A DNA stretch of 64,000 nt from an uncultured Actinomycetes bacterium (GTDB taxonomy: Bacteria; Actinomycetota; Thermoleophilia; Solirubrobacterales; Solirubrobacteraceae), in assembly GCA_963821685.1 (NCBI GenBank), contig CAWGEW010000004.1:6244-70243 (forward strand), read 5' to 3'. The notes under the pieces are model-generated. The model saw nothing but the letters and a program-made list of their open reading frames with translations. It was not told the origin of the DNA and ran no database searches. Each line of letters begins with the position of its first letter. The stretch's first letter is position 1. Position numbers and translations under genes: made by a program. Of this stretch, positions 10,460 through 19,233 are shown in pieces.

Positions 10460-11636
10460 CTACAGCCCCATCGTGCGGCCGAGGATCTCCTTCATGATCT
10501 CGTCGGTGCCGCCGCCGATCGGGCCCAGGCGCGCGTCGCGTGCGGCGCGCTCGATCCCGTACTCGACCATGTAGCCGGCGCCGCCGTGGATCTGCAGGCA
10601 GCTGTCGGCGACGTCGAACGCCGCCCGCTGCGTGAACAGCTTGGCCTTCGTCACCTCCTGCAGCGCGTCGTGGCCTTCGACGAACAGGCGCAGCGCGTAG
10701 TAGGTCAGCGTCGCGGCCGGCCTCGATCGTCGTCGCCATCTCGGCGAACTTGTGGCGTGTCACCTGGAAGCCGCTGATCGGCCGCCCGAACGCCTGGCGC
10801 TCGGCGGCGTAGCGCAGCGTCAGCTCGAAGCAGTGCTGCGCGGCGGCGACCGCGCCGAGCGCCATCGACAGCCGCTCCCACTGGAAGTTGGCCATGATCA
10901 GCTTGAAGCCGCCGTGCAGCTCGCCGAGCAGGTTCTCGGCGGGGACGAAGACGTCGTCGAGCGCGATCAGCGCGGTGTCCGATGCGTGCCAGCCGAGCTT
11001 CTCGATCTTCGACGCGACGTAGCCGGGCTGGTCGGTGTCGACGAGGAAGAACGAGATGCCGCCGTGGCCGCCCTCGGGCTTGGTCTTCGCGGCGAGCACG
11101 AGGTAGTTCGCGCGCACGCCGTTGGTGATGAACATCTTCGAGCCGTTCAGCATCCAGCCGCCCTCGGCCGGCCGTGCGAGCGTCTTCATGCCGGCGACGT
11201 CGGAGCCGGCGTCGGGCTCGGTGATCGCGAGCCCCGCGATCTTCGTCCCGGCGATCGAGGGGACGAGGTAGCGCTGCTTCTGGTCCTCGGTGCCGAACTT
11301 CCAGACCGGCGGGGTCGCGATCGTGATGTGCGCGCCCAGCCCCGCGGCGACGCCGCCGGAGCCGCAGCGCGCGAGCTCCTCGGCGAGCACCGCGTCGTGC
11401 ATGTAGCCGCCGCCCTGCCCGCCGTAGCGCTCCTCGTACTTCAGCCCGAGGAAGCCGAGCTCGCCCATCCGCGGGAACAGCGCGTCGGGGAACCAGCGGT
11501 CCTCTTCCCATTCGTCGGCGTGCGGCAGCAGCTCGGCCTCGACGAAGCGCCGCAGCGATGCGCGCAGCTCCTCGTGCTCCTCGGTGAACGGGGGCGTGAG
11601 CCGGCGCTCGGCCGGTGGGGCCGGCACGCCCTTCAT
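10460..11636 (-). pseudogene. Acyl-CoA dehydrogenase (paralogue 1) with one insertion-type frameshift near 10720.
   Basis: MKGVPAPPAERRLTPPFTEEHEELRASLRRF...GLAITEPDAGSDVAGMKT...FITNG...FQVTRHKFAEMATTIEA, then a shift to LTYYALRLFVEGHDALQEVTKAKLFTQRAAFDVADSCLQIHGGAGYMVEYGIERAARDARLGPIGGGTDEIMKEILGRTMGL (ORF 10460-10654). Confidence 0.88.
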
Positions 11637-13195
11637 CAGAACTTCTTCTTCAGCAGGCCGAAGACGCCGCGCACGAGCTCCTTCTGGATCTGCTTGCCCT
11701 CGCGGCTGTTGAGGAAGTCGCCCACGCCGCCCGGCGAGTTGTTCGCGGGTGCCTTCGGCTGGGCCTTGGGCTGCGCCTTCGCGGCCTCCTTGGCTGCCTT
11801 CTGCGCCTCGGCGTCGGCCGTCGCCTGCGCTGCCGCGGCGGTCGTCGCGGCGACGCGCTCACCGAGGATCTCGCGCGCGCTCTGGCTGTCGGTGCGGGTG
11901 CCGTAGGTGGCGTAGAGCGGCGAGGCCTTCGCGTCGCCGTCGACGTCGGCCGTCGGGTCCATGCTCGAGCGCGGGCCGGGGAGGCGCGAGTGCACGACCG
12001 GCGTCGGGACGCCCTTGTCGTCGAGCACCGTGACCGCCGCCTCGCCGATCCCCATCGAGGTCAGCAGCGTCTCGAGGTCGTAGAACGGCGACTTCGGGAA
12101 CGTCTTGACCGTCTGGCTGAGCGCCTTCTGGTCGTCGGGCGTAAAGGCGCGCAGCGCGTGCTGCACACGATTTCCGAGCTGCCCGAGGACGTCGGCCGGC
12201 ACGTCCTTCGGCGTCTGCGTGACGAAGTACACGCCGACGCCCTTGGAGCGGATCAGGCGCACCGTCTGGGTGACGGACTCGATGAACGCCTTGCTGGCGT
12301 CGTTGAACAGCAGATGCGCCTCGTCGAAGAAGAAGACGAGCTTGGGCTTGTCCAGGTCGCCGGCCTCGGGGAGCGACTCGAACAGCTCGGCGAGCAGCCA
12401 CATCAGGACGGTCGAGAACAGCTTCGGCTTGTCCTGCACCGCCGGCAGCTCAAGGCAGGAGATGATCCCGCGGCCGTCCGGCGCGGTCCGCATCAGCTGA
12501 GCGGTGTCGAACTGCGGCTCGCCGAAGAACTCGTTCCCGCCGCCGGTCTCGAGCGTCACGAGGTCGCGCAGCAGCACGCCGACGGTCGCGCTCGAGAGGC
12601 CGCCGATCCCTTCGAGCTCGACCTTGCCGGCGTCGGAGCTCAGGAACGTCAGCAGTGCGCGCAGGTCCGTGAGGTCCAGCAGGGGGAGCGCCTTCGTGTC
12701 GGCATAGTGGAAGACGAGACCCAGGCTCGATTCCTGCGTCTCGTTGCTGCCGAGCACCTTGCCCATCAGTTGCGGCCCGAAGTCGCTGACCGTCGCGCGC
12801 ACCGGGACACCGGGCCCGATGCCGCCGATCGACAGGAACTCGATCGGGAACCCGGTCGGCGGCGCGTCGATCGCGAGTTCCGCGTTGCGCTTGGCGCCGG
12901 GCCCGTCGGCCGGCGCCGGGTCGTGCAGTCCCGAGACGTCGCCCTTCACGTCGGCGACGAAGACCGGCACGCCCGCGGCGGAGAGCTGCTCGGCGATGCC
13001 CTGCAGCGTCTTCGTCTTGCCGGTGCCGGTCGCCCCGGCGATCAGGCCGTGGCGATTCATCATCGCCAGCGGCACCTGCACCTTGGCGTCGGGGTGCAGC
13101 TCGTCGTTGAGCAACCCCCGTCCGAGGTCGATCACCGGGCCGTCGGCGGCGTAGGCGGCGGCGATCGTCGTGGCGAAGTCCGGGGCGTCAGGCAT
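11636..13195 (-). CDS. HerA-like P-loop ATPase (DUF853 / YjgR family).
   Basis: Intact 519-aa ORF with Walker A (LIAGATGTGKTKT), a Walker B-like run (KPKLVFFFDEAHLLF), and the C-terminal tail GDFLNSREGKQIQKELVRGVFGLLKKKF typical of the family. Its TGA overlaps the ATG of the downstream ACAD (TGATG at 11634-11638). Confidence 0.8.
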   Translation of the reverse strand: MPDAPDFATTIAAAYAADGPVIDLGRGLLNDELHPDAKVQVPLAMMNRHGLIAGATGTGKTKTLQGIAEQLSAAGVPVFVADVKGDVSGLHDPAPADGPGAKRNAELAIDAPPTGFPIEFLSIGGIGPGVPVRATVSDFGPQLMGKVLGSNETQESSLGLVFHYADTKALPLLDLTDLRALLTFLSSDAGKVELEGIGGLSSATVGVLLRDLVTLETGGGNEFFGEPQFDTAQLMRTAPDGRGIISCLELPAVQDKPKLFSTVLMWLLAELFESLPEAGDLDKPKLVFFFDEAHLLFNDASKAFIESVTQTVRLIRSKGVGVYFVTQTPKDVPADVLGQLGNRVQHALRAFTPDDQKALSQTVKTFPKSPFYDLETLLTSMGIGEAAVTVLDDKGVPTPVVHSRLPGPRSSMDPTADVDGDAKASPLYATYGTRTDSQSAREILGERVAATTAAAAQATADAEAQKAAKEAAKAQPKAQPKAPANNSPGGVGDFLNSREGKQIQKELVRGVFGLLKKKF

Positions 13196-13242
13196 GTGAC
13201 GACGCTATCGCGCGAGCATGGTCCGGCTGTGCCCGGCTGCCG

Positions 13243-14436
13243 CTAGAGCCCGTACGACTTGCCGATCACTTCGAGCATGATCTCGTCGGTGCCGGCGCCG
13301 ATCCGGTTCAGGCGCAGGTCGCGCCAGACGCGCTCGACGTTGTACTCCTTCATGTAGCCGGCGCCGCCGTGGATCTGGATGCACTCGTCTGCGACCTCGA
13401 CGGCGATCCGCGAGGAGTAGAGCTTGGCCATCGAGATCTCGCGCACCGGGTACTCGCCGTTGTGGATGCGCCAGGCGGTCATGTAGGTCATCTGGCGCGC
13501 GGCCTCGATCTTCGTCGCCATCTCGGCGAACTTGTGGCGCGTCACCTGGAACTTGGAGATCGGCTTGCCGAACGCGGTGCGCTCGTGCGCGTACTCGAGC
13601 GTGCGCTCCATGCACAGCTGTGCCGCCGCGACGGCGCCCGCCGCGCCGATCATCCGCTCGCCCTGGAGCTCCCACATGATGTGGTAGAAGCCCTTGCCGA
13701 CCTCGCCGAGGACCGCGGTCGCCGGCACGCGGACGTCCTGGAAGGCGAGCAGCGCCGTGTCGCTCGAGTGCATGCCGAGCTTCTTCAGGCGCTGCTCCTT
13801 GATCACGCCGGGTGCGTCCATCGGGACGAGGAACAGCGTGAACCCGTCGTAGCCGGCGTCCGGGTCGTTCTTCGTCACGAGCACGATCACGTCGGCGCGG
13901 TGGCCGTTGGTGATGTACGTCTTCGAGCCGTTGATGACGAACTCGTCGTTGACCTGGTCGTAGACGGCGCGGGTCTTGATCCCGGCGACGTCGGACCCTG
14001 CGTCCGGCTCGGTGATCCCGAGGCAGAGGATCTTCTCGCCCTTGATCGCGGGCACCAGCCACTCCTGCTTCTGCTCGTCGGTCCCGAACGCGAGGATCGG
14101 CGGCATCGCCATGTCGGTGTGGACCGCGACGCCCATCGCGAGCCCGCCGCAGTTGGCGTGGCACATCTCCTCGGCCAGCACGATCGCCGAGAAGTAGTCG
14201 CCGCCCTGCCCGCCGTACTCCTGCGGCTTGTCGAGGCCGAGGAAGCCGAGCTCGCCCATGCGCGGGAAGATCGAGTCGGGGAAGGTGTTCTCCTCCCACT
14301 CCTCGGCGTGCGGTGCGAACTCCTTCGTGACGAACGCGTGGATCGACTCGCGCAGCTGGTCGTGCTCGTCGTTGAAGATGAAGTGCTTGCGCTTCGAGCT
14401 GTGGTCCGGCTTGAGGACCGACGAGGACGTGGCCAT
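13243..14436 (-). CDS. Acyl-CoA dehydrogenase (paralogue 2).
   Basis: From ATG 14436, preceded by an aaggag SD, it reads MATSSSVLKPDHSSKRKHFIFNDEHDQLRESIHAF...GITEPDAGSDVAGIKT...YITNG...ECIQIHGGAGYMKEYNVERVWRDLRLNRIGAGTDEIMLEVIGKSYGL. The longer listed ORF (to 15258) is upstream shadow. Confidence 0.9.
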   Translation of the reverse strand: MATSSSVLKPDHSSKRKHFIFNDEHDQLRESIHAFVTKEFAPHAEEWEENTFPDSIFPRMGELGFLGLDKPQEYGGQGGDYFSAIVLAEEMCHANCGGLAMGVAVHTDMAMPPILAFGTDEQKQEWLVPAIKGEKILCLGITEPDAGSDVAGIKTRAVYDQVNDEFVINGSKTYITNGHRADVIVLVTKNDPDAGYDGFTLFLVPMDAPGVIKEQRLKKLGMHSSDTALLAFQDVRVPATAVLGEVGKGFYHIMWELQGERMIGAAGAVAAAQLCMERTLEYAHERTAFGKPISKFQVTRHKFAEMATKIEAARQMTYMTAWRIHNGEYPVREISMAKLYSSRIAVEVADECIQIHGGAGYMKEYNVERVWRDLRLNRIGAGTDEIMLEVIGKSYGL

Positions 14437-14490
14437 GGGTACGAGGGCTCCTTGGGGGATCGGCGGACTGCGCGGACGGTAACGCGAGCG

Positions 14491-14527
14491 GTGGAGAAAG
14501 TAAACAGTAGTACTGCCTACTTTCCAC
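14491..14527. promoter_or_regulatory. Putative operator: nested inverted repeat in an AT-rich island between divergent genes.
   Basis: gtggaGAAAGTAaacAGTAgTACTgccTACTTTCcac. The 7-bp arms GAAAGTA/TACTTTC are spaced by 15 nt, with an inner AGTA-g-TACT palindrome. It lies in the 129-nt gap between ACAD2 (-) and the hydratase operon (+). Confidence 0.5.
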
Positions 14528-14565
14528 GGTGCGGTCGGCCCCCGCAACCCGTAGGGTTCGCCGCG

Positions 14566-15348
14566 ATGCCCGATGATCCGGTCCTCTACGTCGTCGCCGA
14601 CGGCGTCGCGACGATCTCGTTGAATCAGCCCGATACGCGCAACGCGCTGTCCGATGAGCTGCTCGACGCACTGCTCGCCGCGTTCGAGCGGGCGCGCGAC
14701 GACGCGGCCGTCCGGGTCGTCGTGCTCGCGAGCACGCACGCGACGGTCTTCAGCGCCGGGGGCAACCTGGCGGGCTTCGCGGCGGACGTCCCGCTGATCC
14801 ACAAGCACGCGGGCATCGAGCGCTTCCCGCGCCTGTTCGAGCTGATCGGCACGCTCGGGAAGCCGACGATCTGCGCCGCCGGCGGGCACGTGCTGGCCGG
14901 CGCGCTGGGCGTCGCGCTCGCCTGCGACCTCGTGATCGCGAAGCAGTCGGCGACCTTCGGCACGCCGGAGATCAACGTCGGCGTCTTCCCGTTCATGATC
15001 ATGGCGCTGATCTACCGCAACGTCCCGCGCAAGAAGGCCAGCGAGCTGCTGCTGCTCGGCGAGCGCATCGACGCGGCGGAGGCCGAGCGCCTCGGGATCG
15101 TCAATCGCGTCGTCCCCGACGCCGAGTTCGACGCGGCGGTCGCCGACTGGGCGGCCAAGCTCGCGGCCAAGTCCCCGGTCCTGATGGCGCTCGGGAAGGA
15201 CGCGATGTGGCGCCAGCAGGACCTGCCGCTGATGGACGCGCTCGAGCTGCTGCGCCACAACCTCACGCTCGCGTTCTCGACCGAGGACATCCAGGAGGGC
15301 GTCAAGGCCTTCTTCGAGAAGCGCGAGCCCGAGTGGAAGGGACGATGA
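14566..15348 (+). CDS. Enoyl-CoA hydratase/isomerase (crotonase) family protein.
   Basis: MPDDPVLYVVADGVATISLNQPDTRNALS...VFSAGGNLAGF...GHVLAGALGVALACDLVIA...FGTPEINVGVFP...EDIQEGVKAFFEKREPEWKGR. Intact 260 aa. Confidence 0.88.
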   Translation: MPDDPVLYVVADGVATISLNQPDTRNALSDELLDALLAAFERARDDAAVRVVVLASTHATVFSAGGNLAGFAADVPLIHKHAGIERFPRLFELIGTLGKPTICAAGGHVLAGALGVALACDLVIAKQSATFGTPEINVGVFPFMIMALIYRNVPRKKASELLLLGERIDAAEAERLGIVNRVVPDAEFDAAVADWAAKLAAKSPVLMALGKDAMWRQQDLPLMDALELLRHNLTLAFSTEDIQEGVKAFFEKREPEWKGR

Positions 15349-16136
15349 GCGCGGCGGCCCCGGCCGGGGTCATCGGCCTGCTCTGCCGCACGTCCGATCG
15401 CGCGGCGTCGGCCGACAGCACGCGCGCGCTGGCCGAGGCGATCGCCGCGCAGGCGGGCGTCGAGCCGCGGCTGGTCGGGACTCCCGGTGAGCCGCGCGAC
15501 AGCACGTACGACGAGGACCTGGTCGATGCGCGCGGCTGCCTGCTCGAGGCGGGCGGCCAGCTCTCCGACGCGTTCCACGAGGGCCGCTTCCCGGTGCTGG
15601 TGGCAGGGACATGCTCAGTCTGCGTGACGACGCTGCAGGTGCTGGCGCGCGACCGCCCCGACGCGTTCGTCCTCTGGCTCGACGCTCACGGCGACTTCAA
15701 CTCACCGAAGACGTCGTCGTCGCAGTTCCTCGGCGGGATGTGCCTGGCGGGTGCCTGCGGCGTGTGGGACACCGGGCTGCCGGGAACGGCGCTCGAGCCC
15801 TCGCGCGTCGTCATGTGCGGCGTGCGCGACATCGACCCGGGTGAGCGGGTCCTGCTGGAGACCCATGGCGTCTCGCGGATCGAGCGCCCGAGCCGGCTGG
15901 CCGACGCGCTCGCGGGCCGCGAGGTCTTCGTGCACCTGGACCTCGATGTGCTGGACCCGAGCGTGATCGACGGCTTCGGCTTTCCCGTGCCGGGCGGGTT
16001 CAGCGCCGAGGGCCTGCGGCGGATGCTCGCCGAGGTCGCCGACGTGGCGACCGTCATCGGCATCGAGATCACCGGGTGCCCGAGCCCGGCGGCGGCTGCG
16101 ATCGCCGCCGGCTGCGTTGCTCCGCTGCTCAGCTGA
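15345..16136 (+). CDS. Arginase/agmatinase/formiminoglutamase-fold (ureohydrolase family) protein with an atypical first metal motif.
   Basis: The start ATGA overlaps the hydratase stop (15345-15348). The motifs WLDAHGDFNSP and VHLDLDVLDP are conserved, but the position of the canonical GGDHS motif reads AGTCS. 263 aa. Confidence 0.7.
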   Translation: MSAAAPAGVIGLLCRTSDRAASADSTRALAEAIAAQAGVEPRLVGTPGEPRDSTYDEDLVDARGCLLEAGGQLSDAFHEGRFPVLVAGTCSVCVTTLQVLARDRPDAFVLWLDAHGDFNSPKTSSSQFLGGMCLAGACGVWDTGLPGTALEPSRVVMCGVRDIDPGERVLLETHGVSRIERPSRLADALAGREVFVHLDLDVLDPSVIDGFGFPVPGGFSAEGLRRMLAEVADVATVIGIEITGCPSPAAAAIAAGCVAPLLS

Positions 16137-17427
16137 TCCCGCCGCCGCCCGAGTCCTGGACGAACCACGACCTGGTCGCGGGGCTGGGGTCGACGACGCC
16201 GCCCGCCGACTTGGCGCGGACCTCGAACAGGTTGTCGCCGGCGATCGCGTCGAAGGTGGTCGTCGGCGATGAGCACGCCGCCCAGGCGGAGCCGTTGAGG
16301 CGGCACTCGAATGTCGCGTTCGGGTCCGGTGAGGTGAAGGTCAGGGTCGCCGAGAACTCGAAGGTGTCGCCACTGGGACCACCTGTGATGGTCGTGTCCG
16401 GAGCGACTGACTCGATCGTCCACGTGCGCTGTGCCGGGCTCGCATCGATGTTGCCGAGCCCGTCGATCGCGCGGACCTCATAGGTGTGCGTTCCGAGCGC
16501 CAGGCCGGACAACGATGTGGGCGACGAGCATGCCGCCCAGGGCCCGGCGTCGAGGCGGCACTGGAAGGTCGAGACCTCGCCTGCCGAGAAGGTGAACTGC
16601 GCGGTCTTCTCGGTCGTGGTCGCCGGCGGGCCGGACGTGATCGTCGTCTGCGGCGGAGTCGTGTCGACCGACCAGGCGGCGGTGGCCGGGGTCGCGTCGA
16701 CGTTGCCGGCGGTGTCCTTCGCGCGGACCGAGAACGTGTGCGCGCCGTCGGCCAGCCCGTCATAGGTCTTCGGCGATGAGCAGGCCGCGTACGCGCCGTT
16801 GTCGAGGCGGCATTCGAACGTCGCCGTCTCGTTGGCGCTGAAGCTGAAGCTGGCGGTGGTCGCCGACTGGGGGCCGTCGGTGCCCGACAGGATGGTGGTC
16901 TCGGGCGGCGTGGTGTCCTTGGGTGTGGGGGTTCCGCCGCCGGGCGGTGTGCCGCCGCCGTCGCCGGGGGGCGTGCCGCCTCCCGGAGGAGTGCCGTCGC
17001 CGGGCGGGGGCGTCGTCGTCCCCGGGCTCTTGGGGTTCCGGGGGTTGCTGCCGGCCTTGACCTCGGCGCCGTCGCTGATGCCGTCGCCGTCGGTGTCCGC
17101 CTTGCGCGGGTCGGTGCGGTACTTGCGGACCTCGTCGCGGTCGCTGAGGCCGTCACCGTCGGTGTCCACCTTGCGCGGGTTCGTCTTGCATGTGCGCACC
17201 TCGTAGCCATCGCCGAGCCCGTCGCGGTCCGTGTCGGCCATCCGCGGGTTCGTGTGCGACGTGCGCTGCTCGTAGCGGTCGCTGAGGCCGTCGCGATCGC
17301 GATCGCGATCACGGCCATGGGCGCCCGCGGGCGCGGCGGCGATCGGCAGGATCGCGGTCGCGATCGCGGCAGCGGCGATGGCCTTCCAGGACGGGCGCAG
17401 GTGTGCGACGGAGCTCAAAATCGGCAT
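16129..17427 (-). CDS. Secreted protein with thrombospondin type-3-like Ca-binding repeats, a P/T/G linker and three tandem Ig-like repeats.
   Basis: Signal peptide from ATG 17427 (MPILSSVAHLRPSWKAIAAAAIATAILPIAAAPAGA; an alternative ATG is at 17457). Repeated DTD(G/R)DGLxDxxE units, then GTPPGGGTPPGDGGGTPPGGG, then three repeats of about 84 aa with F(E/Q)CRL...W(A)ACSSP...VRA.D..GN.D. Confidence 0.75.
   Translation of the reverse strand: MPILSSVAHLRPSWKAIAAAAIATAILPIAAAPAGAHGRDRDRDRDGLSDRYEQRTSHTNPRMADTDRDGLGDGYEVRTCKTNPRKVDTDGDGLSDRDEVRKYRTDPRKADTDGDGISDGAEVKAGSNPRNPKSPGTTTPPPGDGTPPGGGTPPGDGGGTPPGGGTPTPKDTTPPETTILSGTDGPQSATTASFSFSANETATFECRLDNGAYAACSSPKTYDGLADGAHTFSVRAKDTAGNVDATPATAAWSVDTTPPQTTITSGPPATTTEKTAQFTFSAGEVSTFQCRLDAGPWAACSSPTSLSGLALGTHTYEVRAIDGLGNIDASPAQRTWTIESVAPDTTITGGPSGDTFEFSATLTFTSPDPNATFECRLNGSAWAACSSPTTTFDAIAGDNLFEVRAKSAGGVVDPSPATRSWFVQDSGGGGIS
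16156..16914 (-). repeat. Three tandem coding repeats of about 252-255 nt (an Ig-like module with a conserved Cys pair).
   Basis: R1 TTPPETTILSG...FECRLDNGAYAACSSP...; R2 TTPPQTTITSG...FQCRLDAGPWAACSSP...; R3 VAPDTTITGG...FECRLNGSAWAACSSP... Confidence 0.75.
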
Positions 17428-17608
17428 GCGGGTCGCATCGGCGCCGGTGACAGCCATCTTGCGGGCCGGCGGACGGGCATACGAGGGTCGCCGGTGGAGG
17501 CTGTTCGATGAGCGGTAGGTCTGCGCCGGTGAGCGGACGGGCCGGACGAACGGACGACCCGGTGCGGCGATCGCCCTCAGTGACCAGCGCGCTAGTACGT
17601 TGCGGGCC

Positions 17609-19195
17609 ATGAGCACGATCGAGCCCTCCGCGGACACCCCGGCGAGCATCCTGCGCCCGCTCGTCGAGGACCTGCACGCGCGTCGCGCGCACGCGGCGCT
17701 CGGCGGCGGCGAGGAGCGCATCGCGCGTCAGCACGAGGCCGACAAGCTGACCGCTCGCGAGCGCATCGCCCTGCTGATCGACGAAGGCACGTTCACCGAG
17801 CTCGGCATCCACGCGGGGATCCACCACTCGGTCCGCGGGATGGAGGACAAGGACGCACCCGCGGACGGCGTGATCACCGGCTACGGGAAGGTCGACGGGC
17901 GGCTTGTCGCCGTCTGCGCCTACGACTTCACCGTGATGGCGGGCTCGATGGGGATGACCGGTGAGCTGAAGGTCACGCGCCTGCGCGACCTCGCACTCAC
18001 GAAGCGGATGCCGTTCGTCTGGCTGCTCGACTCCGCCGGCGCGCGCATCCAGGAGGCCGTCGGCTCGCTGTTCGCCGGTTCTGGCCACCTGTTCCGCGAA
18101 GAGGTCGTGATGAGCGGCGTGATCCCGCAGGTCGCGGCGCTGATGGGCCCGTGCGCGGCCGGGACGGCCTACATCCCGGGCCTCGCCGACTTCGTCCCGA
18201 TGGTCAAGGGCCGCGGCTCGATGGCGCTCGCCGGCCCGCACCTCGTGCGCGCCGCGGTCGGCGAGGACGTGACGCAGGAGGAGCTCGGCGGCTCACGCGT
18301 GCACTGCCGCAAGTCCGGCGTCGGCGACCTCGAGGTGGCTGACGACGCGGAGTGCATCGAGCGCATCCGCGAGTACCTCTCGTTCCTGCCCTCGCACAAC
18401 CGTGAGGCGCCGCCGCGCCGGCCCGTCTCCGACCCGATCGACCGCGCCGACGAGGGCCTGCTCGACGTGCTGCCGGAGTCCAACCGCAAGCCCTATGACA
18501 TGTACGAGGTGATCCGCCGCATCACCGACGACGGCGAGTTCTTCGACATGAAGCCGCAGTGGGCGAAGACGATCATCACGGGCTTCGCGCGCTTCGGCGG
18601 CCGTCCGGCCGGGATCGTCGCCAACCAGCCCAAGCACCTCGGCGGCATCCTCGACAACGACTCCGCCGACAAGGCCGCGCGGTTCGTGAACCTCTGCAAC
18701 GCGTTCGGCATCCCGCTCGTGTTCCTGATGGACGTCCCGGGCTTCATGGTCGGCACGAAGGTCGAGGCCGGCGGCATCATCCGCCACGGCGCGAAGATGC
18801 TCTACGCGGTCTCGAACGCGACCGTGCCGAAGATCACGGTCATCACGCGCAAGGCCTACGGCGCCGGCTACTACGTGATGAACGGCCGCGCCTACGAGCC
18901 CGACCTGATCGTCGCCTGGCCGAGCGCGGAGATCAGCGTGATGGGTGCCGAGGGCGCCGTCGAGATCGTCATGCGCAAGCAGGTCGAGGAGGCCGACGAC
19001 CCGGTCGCCAAGAAGGCCGAGCTGGTCGACGCCTACCGCAAGGTCATCGACGTCTACATCGCCGCGCGCAACGGGATGATCGACGACGTGATCGACCCGC
19101 GCGAGACGCGCCAGGTGATCTGCCGCGGCCTCGAGATGGCCGAGACGAAGGTCGTCGAGCGGCCGTGGAAGCGCAACGGCGTCGTGCCCGTGTAG
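17609..19195 (+). CDS. Acyl-CoA carboxylase carboxyltransferase (beta) subunit, PccB/AccD-like.
   Basis: Intact ORF: ...RQHEADKLTARERIALLIDEGTFTELG...GVITGYGKVDGRLVAVCAYDFTVMAGSMG...GGILDNDSADKAARFVNLCNAFGIPLVFLMDVPGFMVG. An alternative TTG start is at 17600. No biotin carboxylase or BCCP gene is present in the window. Confidence 0.88.
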   Translation: MSTIEPSADTPASILRPLVEDLHARRAHAALGGGEERIARQHEADKLTARERIALLIDEGTFTELGIHAGIHHSVRGMEDKDAPADGVITGYGKVDGRLVAVCAYDFTVMAGSMGMTGELKVTRLRDLALTKRMPFVWLLDSAGARIQEAVGSLFAGSGHLFREEVVMSGVIPQVAALMGPCAAGTAYIPGLADFVPMVKGRGSMALAGPHLVRAAVGEDVTQEELGGSRVHCRKSGVGDLEVADDAECIERIREYLSFLPSHNREAPPRRPVSDPIDRADEGLLDVLPESNRKPYDMYEVIRRITDDGEFFDMKPQWAKTIITGFARFGGRPAGIVANQPKHLGGILDNDSADKAARFVNLCNAFGIPLVFLMDVPGFMVGTKVEAGGIIRHGAKMLYAVSNATVPKITVITRKAYGAGYYVMNGRAYEPDLIVAWPSAEISVMGAEGAVEIVMRKQVEEADDPVAKKAELVDAYRKVIDVYIAARNGMIDDVIDPRETRQVICRGLEMAETKVVERPWKRNGVVPV

Positions 19196-19233
19196 CACCG
19201 CTCCACGCACGCACGTTCTGAAATACTCGCGCG

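Noticed and set aside
11636-13195. HerA-like ATPase considered as the core of an anti-phage defence system.
   Set aside because: Known HerA-associated defence modules pair the ATPase with a nuclease, SIR2 or DUF4297 partner. Here both neighbours are ordinary acyl-CoA dehydrogenases, and the protein has the DUF853/YjgR tail rather than those architectures.
13369-15348. 659-aa plus-strand ORF, and its minus-strand counterpart 13243-15258 (671 aa).
   Set aside because: Each contains one real gene plus an antisense extension over the other. The real genes are the hydratase from ATG 14566 and ACAD2 up to ATG 14436. The extensions lack SD sites and any family similarity.
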